Both the position numbers and the translations under genes were made by a program. Shown one piece after another: positions 51,744 to 60,682 of a stretch of 64,000 bases of DNA; the stretch's first letter is position 1, and every line of letters starts with the position of its first letter. The DNA is taken from contig JASLXV010000067.1 of NCBI GenBank assembly GCA_030740155.1, positions 1-64,000 of the forward strand. The letters run 5' to 3'. The notes beneath the pieces were generated by a model. That model ran no database searches, was not told the origin of the DNA, and worked only from the letters and a program-made list of their open reading frames with translations. This DNA is from Dehalococcoidia bacterium. GTDB taxonomy: Bacteria > Chloroflexota > Dehalococcoidia > Lucifugimonadales > UBA3495.

Positions 51744-52086
51744 ACAGCGGACATCAGGCGGCTATTGGCCAGTTTTCTGGCCGGCTTTCTTGAACGTCCG
51801 CACCGGGTACCGGCAGTCACAGACCGCCGGGCCCAGGGTGGTGAGGAAGGGGGAGATTCCCGATCAAGGCCCTTCGGCCCGGATGATTGGGCCGGCGGGG
51901 GCACGGAGAAGAGCACTGAGGCAAACGCTTCGGTCCAGCACTATCGGCAGCGTACAAGCTAAGGGCCACCGGCCCGTGGCGATTCCAGATAGAGGCCGGG
52001 ATGCAGGGGTGGGCCAAGGGTGGCCCGTTATCTGGGGGCAGCGCCGATTCAATTCGCGGCCTATATTGTGACGTGGAGGGAGAACA

Positions 52087-53241
52087 ATGGTTTTGGAAGA
52101 CTCAGCTTTGTGGGAGCCCGGAAACGATCCCGGCGATGCTTTCAGCCTGGTGCCGGAGGTTGGCAATGGCGCGCCGCGAATCAAGGTTGTGGGGATCGGT
52201 GGGGGCGGTAGCAACGCGGTTAGCCGGATGTTCAAGGAGAAATTGCCCGTTGTCGAGTACTACGCGGTGAACACCGACGCCCAGCACCTGTTCCGCTGTG
52301 ACGTAGCCCACCGCTTGTCCATCGGACAGAGCTTGACCCGGGGTCTGGGGGCCGGGGCCTCACCCGACCTGGGCCGCCAGGCGGCAGAGGAAAGCCGGTT
52401 GGAGATCGAAAAGGCCATGGAAGGGGCGGACATGGTGTTCCTGGCCGTGGGAATGGGTGGCGGAACCGGTACCGGCGCTTCACCCATCGTCGCTCAGGTA
52501 GCGAAGGAATGCGGGGCCTTGACCGTGGCCGTGGTCAGCAGACCCTTCGCTTTCGAAGCATCTACCCGCCGCAAGAACGCCGACGAGGGCATCAACCGGC
52601 TCAAGGACCACGTCGATACGCTGATCGTGATCCCCAACGACCGGCTGCTCCAGTTGAACAATCATGGCGAGCAGACCTTCACCTGGGAAGACGCCCTGAA
52701 GATGGCCGACTCGGTACTACAGCAGGCCATTCAGGCAATTGCCGAGGTGGTCACCGTGCCCGGCGAGATCAATGTGGACTTCGCCGACGTCAAGACCATT
52801 CTCAACAACGCGGGCCCAGCCTGGCTGGCCATCGGCCGGGGTAAGGGCGAGAACCGGGCCGTCGAAGCCGCCAAAATGGCGACCAAGAGCCCGCTGTTGG
52901 ACATCGCCATGGATGGGGCGAAGCGCATCCTGTTCGTGGTCAGCGGTGGACCCACCCTCTCGCTTCAGGAAGTGCAGGACGCCGCCAACGTCATCCAGGA
53001 GATGGCGGACCCGGATGCCAACATCATCTTCGGCACCTGCCGAGACTCCAAACTGGACGATGAGGTCAAGATCACGATGGTGGCCGCCGCGTTCCCGATG
53101 CTGGCGGAGACGCAGCAGATGCGGGAGGCGGAGCTGGAGCGCCTGTTGCAAGACGTGATTCCGGAATCGGAGGAGGAGCTGGACGTTCCAAGCTTCTTGC
53201 GCCGCCAATCCGGAACCAGAGGCCGGGGATTCTTCCGTTAA
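52087..53241 (+). CDS. ftsZ: Cell division protein FtsZ
   Basis: VGIGGGGSNAV, NTDAQ, GMGGGTGTG, INVDFADV, C-terminal LDVPSFLRR. Confidence 0.98.
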   Translation: MVLEDSALWEPGNDPGDAFSLVPEVGNGAPRIKVVGIGGGGSNAVSRMFKEKLPVVEYYAVNTDAQHLFRCDVAHRLSIGQSLTRGLGAGASPDLGRQAAEESRLEIEKAMEGADMVFLAVGMGGGTGTGASPIVAQVAKECGALTVAVVSRPFAFEASTRRKNADEGINRLKDHVDTLIVIPNDRLLQLNNHGEQTFTWEDALKMADSVLQQAIQAIAEVVTVPGEINVDFADVKTILNNAGPAWLAIGRGKGENRAVEAAKMATKSPLLDIAMDGAKRILFVVSGGPTLSLQEVQDAANVIQEMADPDANIIFGTCRDSKLDDEVKITMVAAAFPMLAETQQMREAELERLLQDVIPESEEELDVPSFLRRQSGTRGRGFFR

Positions 53242-53403
53242 CCGAATTCAGCCGCCGGCCGATCGGCCGGCGGCGCCGCTCCTCAACCGGGGCGGCAGGT
53301 TATTGGACCGGTTCCCGTTACTAATGAGTAATGTTCTCGGAAGCCTAGCAGCACTACTACCCCTAGTTTGGGATCCCTAAACCCAGGCGCCGGGAATCGC
53401 CTT

Positions 53404-53439
53404 GAGGCCGTCCTTCTTACGGAGGACGGCCTCTTTATT
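53404..53439 (+). terminator. Intrinsic terminator downstream of ftsZ
   Basis: GAGGCCGTCCT / AGGACGGCCTC stem followed by TTTATT. Confidence 0.75.
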
Positions 53440-53797
53440 ATTCTCCATCTATCTCATCCAACGTCCATCACGTGCCTCTGGATGCCATTCCCTCAAAGGC
53501 GCTCCGGAACATACCGCGCTGAATGAAGCGCTGAATGAAGCGAGGGGTCCGGGGTGGCGGGTCCAGGCTGCATGTTGAGCACCCCGCGCTGGATTCCTAG
53601 TCGCATCGCTCCTCGGTATCGTTCCTGCTCCGATTGCATTGGGCGGCCACGGCCCACCAAGTTAGGTTCACGTCAGCCAATGACCAGAATCCGTCTATTT
53701 CGGGGGAAACGGCAGTGTGGTTTCCCTCTTCAGCGTGACAGTACTTGGGCAAAGGCCCTCTGGTTCCGGTGGTGGTCCCATCGGATTCTGAGGCCTA

Positions 53798-53826
53798 TTG
53801 ACATTCATTACTGCGCATTATACAAT
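53798..53826 (+). promoter_or_regulatory. Sigma70 promoter of nrdR
   Basis: TTGACA-17 nt-TACAAT. Confidence 0.8.
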
Positions 53827-53831
53827 TTCGT

Positions 53832-53878
53832 CCACTACAGGTTGTGGTTTCAGTTAACAATAACACATTATATGGTAT
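53832..53878. promoter_or_regulatory. Tandem NrdR boxes upstream of nrdR
   Basis: CCACTACAGGTTGTGG (53832) and ACACATTATATGGTAT (53863) match acaCwAtATaTwGtgt and are 31 bp apart. Confidence 0.8.
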
Positions 53879-53919
53879 TTTAAATTAATTTTAGACAATT
53901 CTGAGAAAGTGCTTGGGTC

Positions 53920-54534
53920 ATGAAGTGCCCCTACTGTTCATTCCTCGATTCTAAAGTGACCGACTCCCGGGTGGTCGAGAACGGTATCCGCCGGCGGCGG
54001 GAATGCCAGCGTTGCGGCTTGCGGTTTACCACCTACGAGCGCCTCCAGGCGACTGCCCTAATGGTTGCCAAGCAGGATAACCGCCGGGAAGAGTACAACC
54101 GGGAGAAACTCGCCTCCGGGATCCGCAAGGCCTGCGCCAAACGCCCGGTATCGTCTCGCACCATTGAGAAGATGCTGGAAGACATCGAGGCCGAGCTTCA
54201 ACACCTGGGCCAGGTGGAAGTGCCCACGACCATCTTGGGGACCATGGTGATGGACCGCCTCAAGAGCCTGGACCGGGTGGCCTACATCCGGTACGCCAGC
54301 GTGTATCGGGATTTCCAGGACATCGAGAGCTTCGAGCGTGCCGTAAAGGACTTGCGGGACGACAACACTCAGCTTTCTCTGCCGGAGACGCCCGCCCCGG
54401 CGCCCCGGCGGCGCCGCCGCCGCAACACTTCGACGGCGGCGCGGTACCGGCCCCGGAACAGCAATCTCTTTCGGAACGATGGGCGGCTGGGGTTTTTAGA
54501 TGACCTTGGAGGAGACCCTAATGATGAACAGTAG
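53920..54534 (+). CDS. nrdR: Transcriptional repressor NrdR with an Arg-rich C-terminal extension
   Basis: MKCPYC..SKV.DSR, IRRRREC..C..RFTTYE, ATP-cone, VAYIRYASVYR.F. Confidence 0.98.
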   Translation: MKCPYCSFLDSKVTDSRVVENGIRRRRECQRCGLRFTTYERLQATALMVAKQDNRREEYNREKLASGIRKACAKRPVSSRTIEKMLEDIEAELQHLGQVEVPTTILGTMVMDRLKSLDRVAYIRYASVYRDFQDIESFERAVKDLRDDNTQLSLPETPAPAPRRRRRRNTSTAARYRPRNSNLFRNDGRLGFLDDLGGDPNDEQ

Positions 54535-54760
54535 CATGCCGTATTCAGCCCTCACCAGGCTATTGACGCTGAACAACCAGGTCCACGACCTGCAGAACCG
54601 GCTGCTTGGCACCACCGTGCCGCGGCTCCAGAGCGAGGCACTGCTTTGGCCGGAGGTCGATCCCCTCAGCCGCATCGCCAAGATGCAAGACGAGATCGAC
54701 CAGGGAGTGCGGGCCAGCCTGGCCACCTGCTGGCTTGGATTGGACGAAGACCCCGAGTAG
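54521..54760 (+). CDS. Hypothetical 79-aa protein overlapping the end of nrdR
   Basis: GGAGGAG RBS, host-like codon usage, start overlaps the nrdR 3' end. Confidence 0.6.
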   Translation: MMNSSMPYSALTRLLTLNNQVHDLQNRLLGTTVPRLQSEALLWPEVDPLSRIAKMQDEIDQGVRASLATCWLGLDEDPE

Positions 54761-54873
54761 CTGCGTTTTCGGCCTCCGGCGGTAAGTTCTTTGCCGCCGG
54801 CCGGCGCGGGAGGACCCCATCACCGCGCCGGCGCCGTCGCCCCCTTCACCGGGAAATTGGGTTCCGGCATCTC

Positions 54874-54954
54874 TTGACTTTCCCCATCCCTCGGCGTAAA
54901 ATCCGGCCTACCATTTATAGTAGCCCACCCCCTCTGAAGTACACCATATAGTAT
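54874..54954 (+). promoter_or_regulatory. nrdJ promoter with tandem NrdR boxes
   Basis: TTGACT-17 nt-TAAAAT, then CTACCATTTATAGTAG (54908) and GTACACCATATAGTAT (54939), 31 bp apart. Confidence 0.78.
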
Positions 54955-55169
54955 AGAATGAACCTAAAGTAGATATTCTGCCCACCCGGGATTCGGCCCT
55001 CGTGTCCCTGATTGCCCGGTGGGTTTGGTGCCGGAGGGGACCGGGCTCTCCTGACAAGCGGGGAGCGAAAGTTCATAGAAAGCGTGCTACAAAGGTCTAA
55101 CAATGCGGCCCAGAGCGATCAACGGCGGAGCGGCAAAACAGATAGGGAGATGTGGGAGGAGGCCTGGAA

Positions 55170-57596
55170 GTGATGGTTACGCGGGATAGTTCAAGTATGT
55201 CGGATAACTCCACGATTAAGACTAGGCGGCAGCGCATTACCGAGGCACTGACCAAGCAAGGGATGGTCGAGCGGATCGCCGACCGGTTGCCGGAGCTAAC
55301 GGAGAACGCCAAGGTCGTTCTTGAGCGGCGCTACCTGTCCAAGGACCGGGCGGGCAACATCCTGGAAGACGTGGACGGCATGTTCCGCCGGGTGGCCCGT
55401 AACCTGTCCGAGGCCGACCGGAACTACGGCGCTTCCGAGGCGGAACGGCAGGTCACCGAGGATGAGTTCTACGACGCCATGCGCCGGTTGGACGTGCTGC
55501 CTAACTCTCCCACCTTGATGAACGCCGGGCGCGAGTTGCAGCAGCTCTCCGCATGCTTCGTTCTGCCGATAAACGACTCCCTGGAGTCGATTTTCGACAT
55601 GGTTAAGCAGACTGCGCTGATCCACAAGAGCGGCGGCGGCACTGGCTTTTCCTTCAGCACCCTGCGGCCGGAGGGAGACGTGGTTGGCTCCACCGGCGGC
55701 GTGGCCAGCGGCCCGGTGAGCTTCATCCGCGCCTTCGACACGGCCACCGACGTGGTGAAGCAGGGCGGCACCCGGCGGGGGGCCAACATGGGCATCCTCA
55801 GCGTCACCCACCCCGACATTGAAAAGTTCATCAAGTCCAAAGAGAATGGGCAGAACCTGGTCAACTTCAACATCTCGGTGGCCGTGAACGAGGAGTTCAT
55901 GGAGCGGGTTAAGGCCGGCGAGGATTACGATCTGGTAAACCCCCACGGCGGCCAGGTGACCGGCCGGCGGAACGCCAAGGACGTGTTCGACCTGATGGCG
56001 GAAATGGCCTGGAAGACCGGAGACCCGGGCCTCATCTTCCTCGACCGGATCAACCGCGACAACCCCAACCCGCAGCTCGGAGAAATCGAGAGCACCAACC
56101 CGTGTGGCGAGCAGCCGTTGCTCCCCTACGAGTCCTGCAACCTGGCATCCATCAACCTGGCCCGGATGGTCAAGCACACCGCCGGTGACGTGGCCGTCGA
56201 CTGGGACCGGTTGGCCAGATCGATTCGCATCTCCGTCCACTTGTTGGACAACGTGATCGACATGAACGAATACCCGATTCCCGAGGTCGAGGAGATGAGC
56301 CGAAAGACCCGGCGCATCGGGTTGGGTGTAATGGGCTTTTCCGACCTGCTCATCCAGCTCGGCACCCGCTACGACTCGGAAGAGGCCTTGCAGGTGGCCG
56401 ACGAAGTGATGGGACGCATCCAGGAAGAGGCCTACTTGGCTTCCGCCGAATTGGCCCAATCCCGAGGGGTGTTCCCCGCCTGGGAGGGCAGCGTCTACAG
56501 CCGGCCCGGACCTTCCGGGGAAGGGCGCCCCATGCGCAACTCCGCCCCCACCACCATCGCCCCCACCGGCACCATCAGCATCATCGCCGGGGCGTCCAGC
56601 GGCATCGAGCCCCTGTTTGCGCTGAGCTACGTGCGCACGGTGATGGACAACACCCGCATGGTCGAGGCCAACCCTTACTTCGAAGCGGTGGCCAAGCACG
56701 AGGGGTTTTACTCCGAGGAGTTGATGGAGCAGCTGGCCGAAAGCGGCAGCCTGGAGACCCTGGAAGTACCCCAGTGGATCAAGGACGTGTTCCGGACCTC
56801 CCATGACATAGCCCCCGAGTGGCACGTGAGGATGCAGGGCGCGGTTCAGCGCCACACCGACAACGCTGTTTCCAAGACTATCAACTTTCCTCACGACGCC
56901 ACGGTGGATGACCTGGCCAGTGCCTATTTGCAGGCCTACGAGGAAGGCTGCAAAGGCATAACGGTCTACCGGGACGGGAGCAAGGCGGACCAGGTGTTGA
57001 GCACGGGCGGGACCGGCAAAGAGGCATCTCCCTTCGACGCGGTGCTGGGCGAGGCCGCGGAACTGGCGGAATACCCCACCCCCCGGGAGCGGCCCCGCAC
57101 CATCCAGGGGGTCACCGAGCGGGTCCGCACCGGCCACGGCAACATGTACGTCACCATCAACTTCGACGAGAGCGGAGGGCCTTTCGAGGTGTTCGGCAAC
57201 CTGGGCAAGGCCGGGGGCTGCGACGGGGCCCAGCTTGAGGCGATCTCCCGCCTGGTCTCCCTGGCCCTGCGGTCCGGCATCGAGCCGGCCAACGTCGTCG
57301 AGCAGCTCCGGGGAATCACCTGCTGCCCGGCATGGGATAGCGGCACCCTGGTGCGGTCCAGCCCCGACGCCGTGGCCTTGGCCCTGGAGCGGCACCTTTC
57401 CGGGACGGCCGGCGCACCGGCGCTCCCGGCCCAGGGTGGGGTGCAGATGCACCTCCTTGACCGTTCGAAGACCAACGGCAATGGCAACGGGCATGGCCAT
57501 CAGCCGGCCAGGAAATGTCCCGACTGCAACACCCCGGTCATTTTCCAAGAAGGATGCCTGATGTGCGTTTCGTGCGGCTGGAACAAGTGTGAGTAG
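55170..57596 (+). CDS. nrdJ: Class II (adenosylcobalamin-dependent) ribonucleotide reductase with fused TSCPD/zinc-ribbon C-terminus (start uncertain)
   Basis: PNSPTLMNAG, LSACFV, GGGTG, TNPCGEQ, CNLASINL, TIAPTGT, SKTIN, KGITVYRDGS, C-terminal CPDC..EGC.MC.SCG. Confidence 0.96.
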   Translation: MMVTRDSSSMSDNSTIKTRRQRITEALTKQGMVERIADRLPELTENAKVVLERRYLSKDRAGNILEDVDGMFRRVARNLSEADRNYGASEAERQVTEDEFYDAMRRLDVLPNSPTLMNAGRELQQLSACFVLPINDSLESIFDMVKQTALIHKSGGGTGFSFSTLRPEGDVVGSTGGVASGPVSFIRAFDTATDVVKQGGTRRGANMGILSVTHPDIEKFIKSKENGQNLVNFNISVAVNEEFMERVKAGEDYDLVNPHGGQVTGRRNAKDVFDLMAEMAWKTGDPGLIFLDRINRDNPNPQLGEIESTNPCGEQPLLPYESCNLASINLARMVKHTAGDVAVDWDRLARSIRISVHLLDNVIDMNEYPIPEVEEMSRKTRRIGLGVMGFSDLLIQLGTRYDSEEALQVADEVMGRIQEEAYLASAELAQSRGVFPAWEGSVYSRPGPSGEGRPMRNSAPTTIAPTGTISIIAGASSGIEPLFALSYVRTVMDNTRMVEANPYFEAVAKHEGFYSEELMEQLAESGSLETLEVPQWIKDVFRTSHDIAPEWHVRMQGAVQRHTDNAVSKTINFPHDATVDDLASAYLQAYEEGCKGITVYRDGSKADQVLSTGGTGKEASPFDAVLGEAAELAEYPTPRERPRTIQGVTERVRTGHGNMYVTINFDESGGPFEVFGNLGKAGGCDGAQLEAISRLVSLALRSGIEPANVVEQLRGITCCPAWDSGTLVRSSPDAVALALERHLSGTAGAPALPAQGGVQMHLLDRSKTNGNGNGHGHQPARKCPDCNTPVIFQEGCLMCVSCGWNKCE

Positions 57597-57644
57597 GGCG
57601 AAGATAACCTGACGAGTTCCGCAGCCAGCCTACCCTCCTTCTCG

Positions 57645-57674
57645 GAGCCCCCGGCTCAAACCGGGGGCTCTTTT
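57645..57674 (+). terminator. Intrinsic terminator after nrdJ
   Basis: GAGCCCCCGG-CTCAAA-CCGGGGGCTC followed by TTTT. Confidence 0.85.
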
Positions 57675-57827
57675 ATCGCCCCTGCCCGACAGCTTTGGTG
57701 AGTCTGGGTTCACCCTTCCCCCGGTCCATACGCGCTAGTAGAGCGGCCGGGAGTGAGGGGTCCGGCCCTGTGCTAGAATCGAACTGTCAGGCCCTTGGCT
57801 TCAGACCCCTTCTAGGAGGCTACCGCC

Positions 57828-58844
57828 ATGGCAGACGCCCACAAGCCGCCCATCGCCATAACCATGGGAGACCCCTGTGGCGTCGGCCCCGAGGTGGTGG
57901 CAAAAGCCCTGGCCGACCCTCGGGTCTACGCCTCTTGCCGCCCGCTGGTGGTGGGCAACGCCTATGCCATGCAACGGGCGGTCAGGCAGGCCGGCCTGCC
58001 CTTCCGGGTCAGCGAAATCGCCGACCCGGCCACCGCCGGCCGGGACCCCCAGGTGTTGGACGTGCTGGACACTCACAACCTCAACCCGGAGGACATCACC
58101 GTGGGCCGGGTCAGCCCCGCCTGTGGCCGGGCGGCCATGGAGTGGGTCACCAGGGCCGGGGAAATGGCCATGGCCGGCGCGGTGGAAGCCATGGCCACCG
58201 CCCCCCTCAACAAGGAAGCGGCCAGCTTGGCCGGGTACACGTCCATCGGCCACACGGAGCTGTTGCACGAACTCACCGGCGTGAAGATGGTGGGCACCAT
58301 GTTGATGGCCAAGAACCTCCGGGTGGTGCACCTGACCACCCACCGTTCCCTACGGCTGGCCTGCGACTACGTGAAGAAGGACCGGATCCTGGAGTTCCTC
58401 CAACTGACCCACAATAGCTTCGTCAAATGGGGGTTTCCCCGTCCCACGATCGCCGCGGCGGCTCTCAACCCCCACAACAGCGACGGTGGCCTGCTGGGAA
58501 GCGAGGAAGCGGAGGAGATAGCTCCCGCCGTGGCCGAAGCTCAGGCCCGGGGCATCGACGCGGTCGGTCCCATTCCGGCCGACATCGTCTTTCACCAGGC
58601 GATTCAGGACCGTTACGACGTGGTGCTGGCCATGTTCCACGACCAGGGGCACATCCCGGTGAAGGTGTACGGCTTCGAAGAAAGCATTACCGCCAACTTG
58701 GGATTACCCTTCGTGCGGACCTCGGTGGACCACGGCACCGCCTTCGACATCGCCGGCCAGGGGATTGCCAGTCACACCAGCATGCTGGAGGCCATCCGGC
58801 TGGCGGTGGCGCTGGCTAAAGGTAACGGCCTGTCGAATTTCTAG
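57828..58844 (+). CDS. pdxA: PdxA-family dehydrogenase (PdxA or PdxA2)
   Basis: ITMGDP.GVGPE, TAPLNK, GHTE, TTH, LNPH, HDQGHIP.K, RTSVDHGTAFDIAG. Confidence 0.9.
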   Translation: MADAHKPPIAITMGDPCGVGPEVVAKALADPRVYASCRPLVVGNAYAMQRAVRQAGLPFRVSEIADPATAGRDPQVLDVLDTHNLNPEDITVGRVSPACGRAAMEWVTRAGEMAMAGAVEAMATAPLNKEAASLAGYTSIGHTELLHELTGVKMVGTMLMAKNLRVVHLTTHRSLRLACDYVKKDRILEFLQLTHNSFVKWGFPRPTIAAAALNPHNSDGGLLGSEEAEEIAPAVAEAQARGIDAVGPIPADIVFHQAIQDRYDVVLAMFHDQGHIPVKVYGFEESITANLGLPFVRTSVDHGTAFDIAGQGIASHTSMLEAIRLAVALAKGNGLSNF

Positions 58845-58895
58845 CGCGGAGGGGGAGGCTTCTGACCGTGGATCAGCGGCCCGCTCAGAAGACTG

Positions 58896-58955
58896 CTAGC
58901 AGGTACTCGGCTAGAATCGGCCTAGGGTGTGATGCCGTTAAACCGTACCTGCTAG
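58896..58955. repeat. 60-bp element with 11-bp terminal inverted repeats ending in CTAG
   Basis: CTAGCAGGTAC...GTACCTGCTAG at the left edge of the TA islet. Confidence 0.55.
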
Positions 58956-58983
58956 TATAAGCGGCGACTTAGATTGAATCGCA

Positions 58984-59280
58984 TCAGCGCTCTATCCAGT
59001 AATCCGGTCTTCGGCGCCCGTGGGCTACCGCGATAACCTCGATGGTTTGATCGGTTTGACGGTAGACAACGACGAAGGGGAATCTTCGTAATAGAAATCG
59101 TCGCGTGCCGTGAACGTGAGCGGGCCAGCGCGCGGGATCCTCTGAGATGGCTTTGACGGCACGGTCCAGTTCCGCAAGGAATGCCGCTGCCGCGTTTCTA
59201 TTCCGCTCCCGGTACCACCTGTAAGCCGCCTGAGCTTCCGCGATTGCTTCGGGGTGAATATCGACAGGCAGCTGGGCCAT
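58984..59280 (-). CDS. RelE/ParE-family toxin
   Basis: IHPEA.AE..AA..WY, TRRFLLRRFPF.VVY, VIAVAH.RRRP.YW. Confidence 0.9.
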   Translation of the reverse strand: MAQLPVDIHPEAIAEAQAAYRWYRERNRNAAAAFLAELDRAVKAISEDPARWPAHVHGTRRFLLRRFPFVVVYRQTDQTIEVIAVAHGRRRPDYWIER

Positions 59281-59504
59281 TACAGGCCGAAAATGGTACG
59301 ACGTGCCTCAGACCACGGAATAGTCTTGACCGTTCCGGAATCGATCTCTCTGATCCGCCGGTCTATTTCAGCGTGCCATGCCGCTTCTGCGTCTTCGTCG
59401 ACCTCTTCGTCCAGGCTGTCAAGAAGGGACCCAGCAAGCGCTGCTCTCGCTTCCGGTGGAAGCTTGAGGGCCTCTTTCAGCAGATAAATTGGGTCTTGGT
59501 TCAT
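59280..59504 (-). CDS. Addiction-module antitoxin (TIGR02574-like)
   Basis: EALKLPPEARA.LA..LLDSL, AW..EI.RR..E..SG....IPW.E; own promoter TTGAAT-18-TAGTAT at 59541-59512. Confidence 0.88.
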   Translation of the reverse strand: MNQDPIYLLKEALKLPPEARAALAGSLLDSLDEEVDEDAEAAWHAEIDRRIREIDSGTVKTIPWSEARRTIFGL

Positions 59505-59607
59505 AATACCAATACTACACCTTGAGGATCGCTGGATTCAATTTGATACATGCGCATACCTGCCCCGACGGCGGAGGCAAACCCATGGAGGGCCCTGTAG
59601 AGAGTTG

Positions 59608-59643
59608 ATCCGCGGCCGCCGCTGGCCGGACAACGAGGTTCAC
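59608..59643 (-). pseudogene. N-terminal remnant of a second RelE/ParE toxin
   Basis: GTGA overlap with the antitoxin stop; reads MNLVVRPAAAAD, then similarity ends. Confidence 0.6.
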
Positions 59644-59852
59644 TTCGATCGATCTCGAATCTGCCGAAGGACCTCCCGCCACGGGATGCCCAGGTCCCGG
59701 TCCTGCTCGAGATCGTCTAACCTGCGGTCCAGGTCTGCGCGCTGCAAATCGGTCACCGGTACATCCTCGGGGTTGAGGCTGTCCCAGATGTCTGCAAGCA
59801 ACGCGAGCCGCTCCTCAGCAGTCAGGTTCTTGATGTCGACGTTGGAACTCAT
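59640..59852 (-). CDS. Second addiction-module antitoxin (TIGR02574-like), now orphan
   Basis: LTAEERLALLADIWDSL, Q.A.LDRRL, GIPW.EV. Confidence 0.88.
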   Translation of the reverse strand: MSSNVDIKNLTAEERLALLADIWDSLNPEDVPVTDLQRADLDRRLDDLEQDRDLGIPWREVLRQIRDRSK

Positions 59853-59943
59853 GCTCCAATTTTCCTATACGACGCGATGCCGTGCAATCACCGCCTGGCG
59901 ACGGCCCGGCAAACGCGTGTTGGTGGTGCGACCGAGTCTGTAT

Positions 59944-60001
59944 GGCTAATGCTCGGCGCCAGCGGCGGCGGGGCGCCGTCCGCTACAACCGCACGATAGC
60001 C
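59944..60001 (-). other. Degenerate attC-like site
   Basis: Minus strand GGCTATC-GTGCGG-TTGTAGCGG-ACGGCGCCCCGCCG-CCGCTGGCG-CCGAGC-ATTAGCC. Both core sites are one base off GGCTAAC/GTTAGCC. Confidence 0.5.
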
Positions 60002-60016
60002 CCTCTGCTGCGACGT

Positions 60017-60682
60017 CTACTGAGCACCAGTAAGGCCCTTCAGCTTGGCTTCGATCTCGTGAATCTCCGACTCCTGCCGCGTGTCATCAATCTCGTCGTT
60101 CTTGATGAAGAACAAAGCCTCCTGATATTGATCAATGGCCTTCCTGACGTTGCCCTTGAACTCTGCCTTGCGGCCACCTTCCAAGTATCCGCCAAGAGTA
60201 ACACGATGGATTTCCTGGCGAATTCGTTGCTCCAATGAGTTAATGCGTGAAGAATCCTCAAGCTCTTGGGCGAGTTCGCGCAGCTTCAACACGCCGGCCG
60301 CAAGGGCACGCTCCTTAGCCTTCGGGGTCGACGCCACGCCGGCCTTCTCGAATGCCCCCTCAACCACTGTGTCGGCTTCCTCAACAACGAGATTCGCGCG
60401 GAAGCCGCGATATTCCGACACGATGGTGGAGGGAGGAGGCGATATCGTTGGCACACCCTTACGTTCGAACTTGGCAAGGTGCTCCGCGTGCTCAATCGCG
60501 AGGTCGCAGCGGGAAAGCCGGGTACCGAATGTCTTCCCTTCGTGCGCCAACCGCATCGAGTCTCCAAGGACTCGCGTTACGCTCCGGATTTCGATGATCA
60601 ATGGCTGGCAGTTTCGACAGAGGCCATTCGTGTCAACCGATAAGAACAGGCCTCGCTTGTCACACCATCTGCACTCTGCCAT
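60017..60682 (-). CDS. Hypothetical protein with N-terminal CxxC-x14-CxxC motif and helical (TPR-like) C-terminus
   Basis: MAECRWCDKRGLFLSVDTNGLCRNC; GAGGTG RBS; atypical codon usage. Confidence 0.75.
   Translation of the reverse strand: MAECRWCDKRGLFLSVDTNGLCRNCQPLIIEIRSVTRVLGDSMRLAHEGKTFGTRLSRCDLAIEHAEHLAKFERKGVPTISPPPSTIVSEYRGFRANLVVEEADTVVEGAFEKAGVASTPKAKERALAAGVLKLRELAQELEDSSRINSLEQRIRQEIHRVTLGGYLEGGRKAEFKGNVRKAIDQYQEALFFIKNDEIDDTRQESEIHEIEAKLKGLTGAQ

Noticed and set aside
51765..51962. Small ORF between ftsA and ftsZ
   Set aside because: No RBS, an unconvincing start and no motif; treated as intergenic.
54960..55170. Cobalamin riboswitch ahead of the B12-dependent nrdJ
   Set aside because: No recognisable B12-box elements; the NrdR boxes already explain regulation. 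An Rfam scan would settle it.
55296..57548. 750-aa antisense ORF opposite nrdJ, and similar long shadow ORFs (e.g. 14093-15436, 42491-43738, 8746-9681, 22893-23969)
   Set aside because: These are the expected by-product of high GC3 codon bias opposite well-supported genes and show no recognisable motifs.
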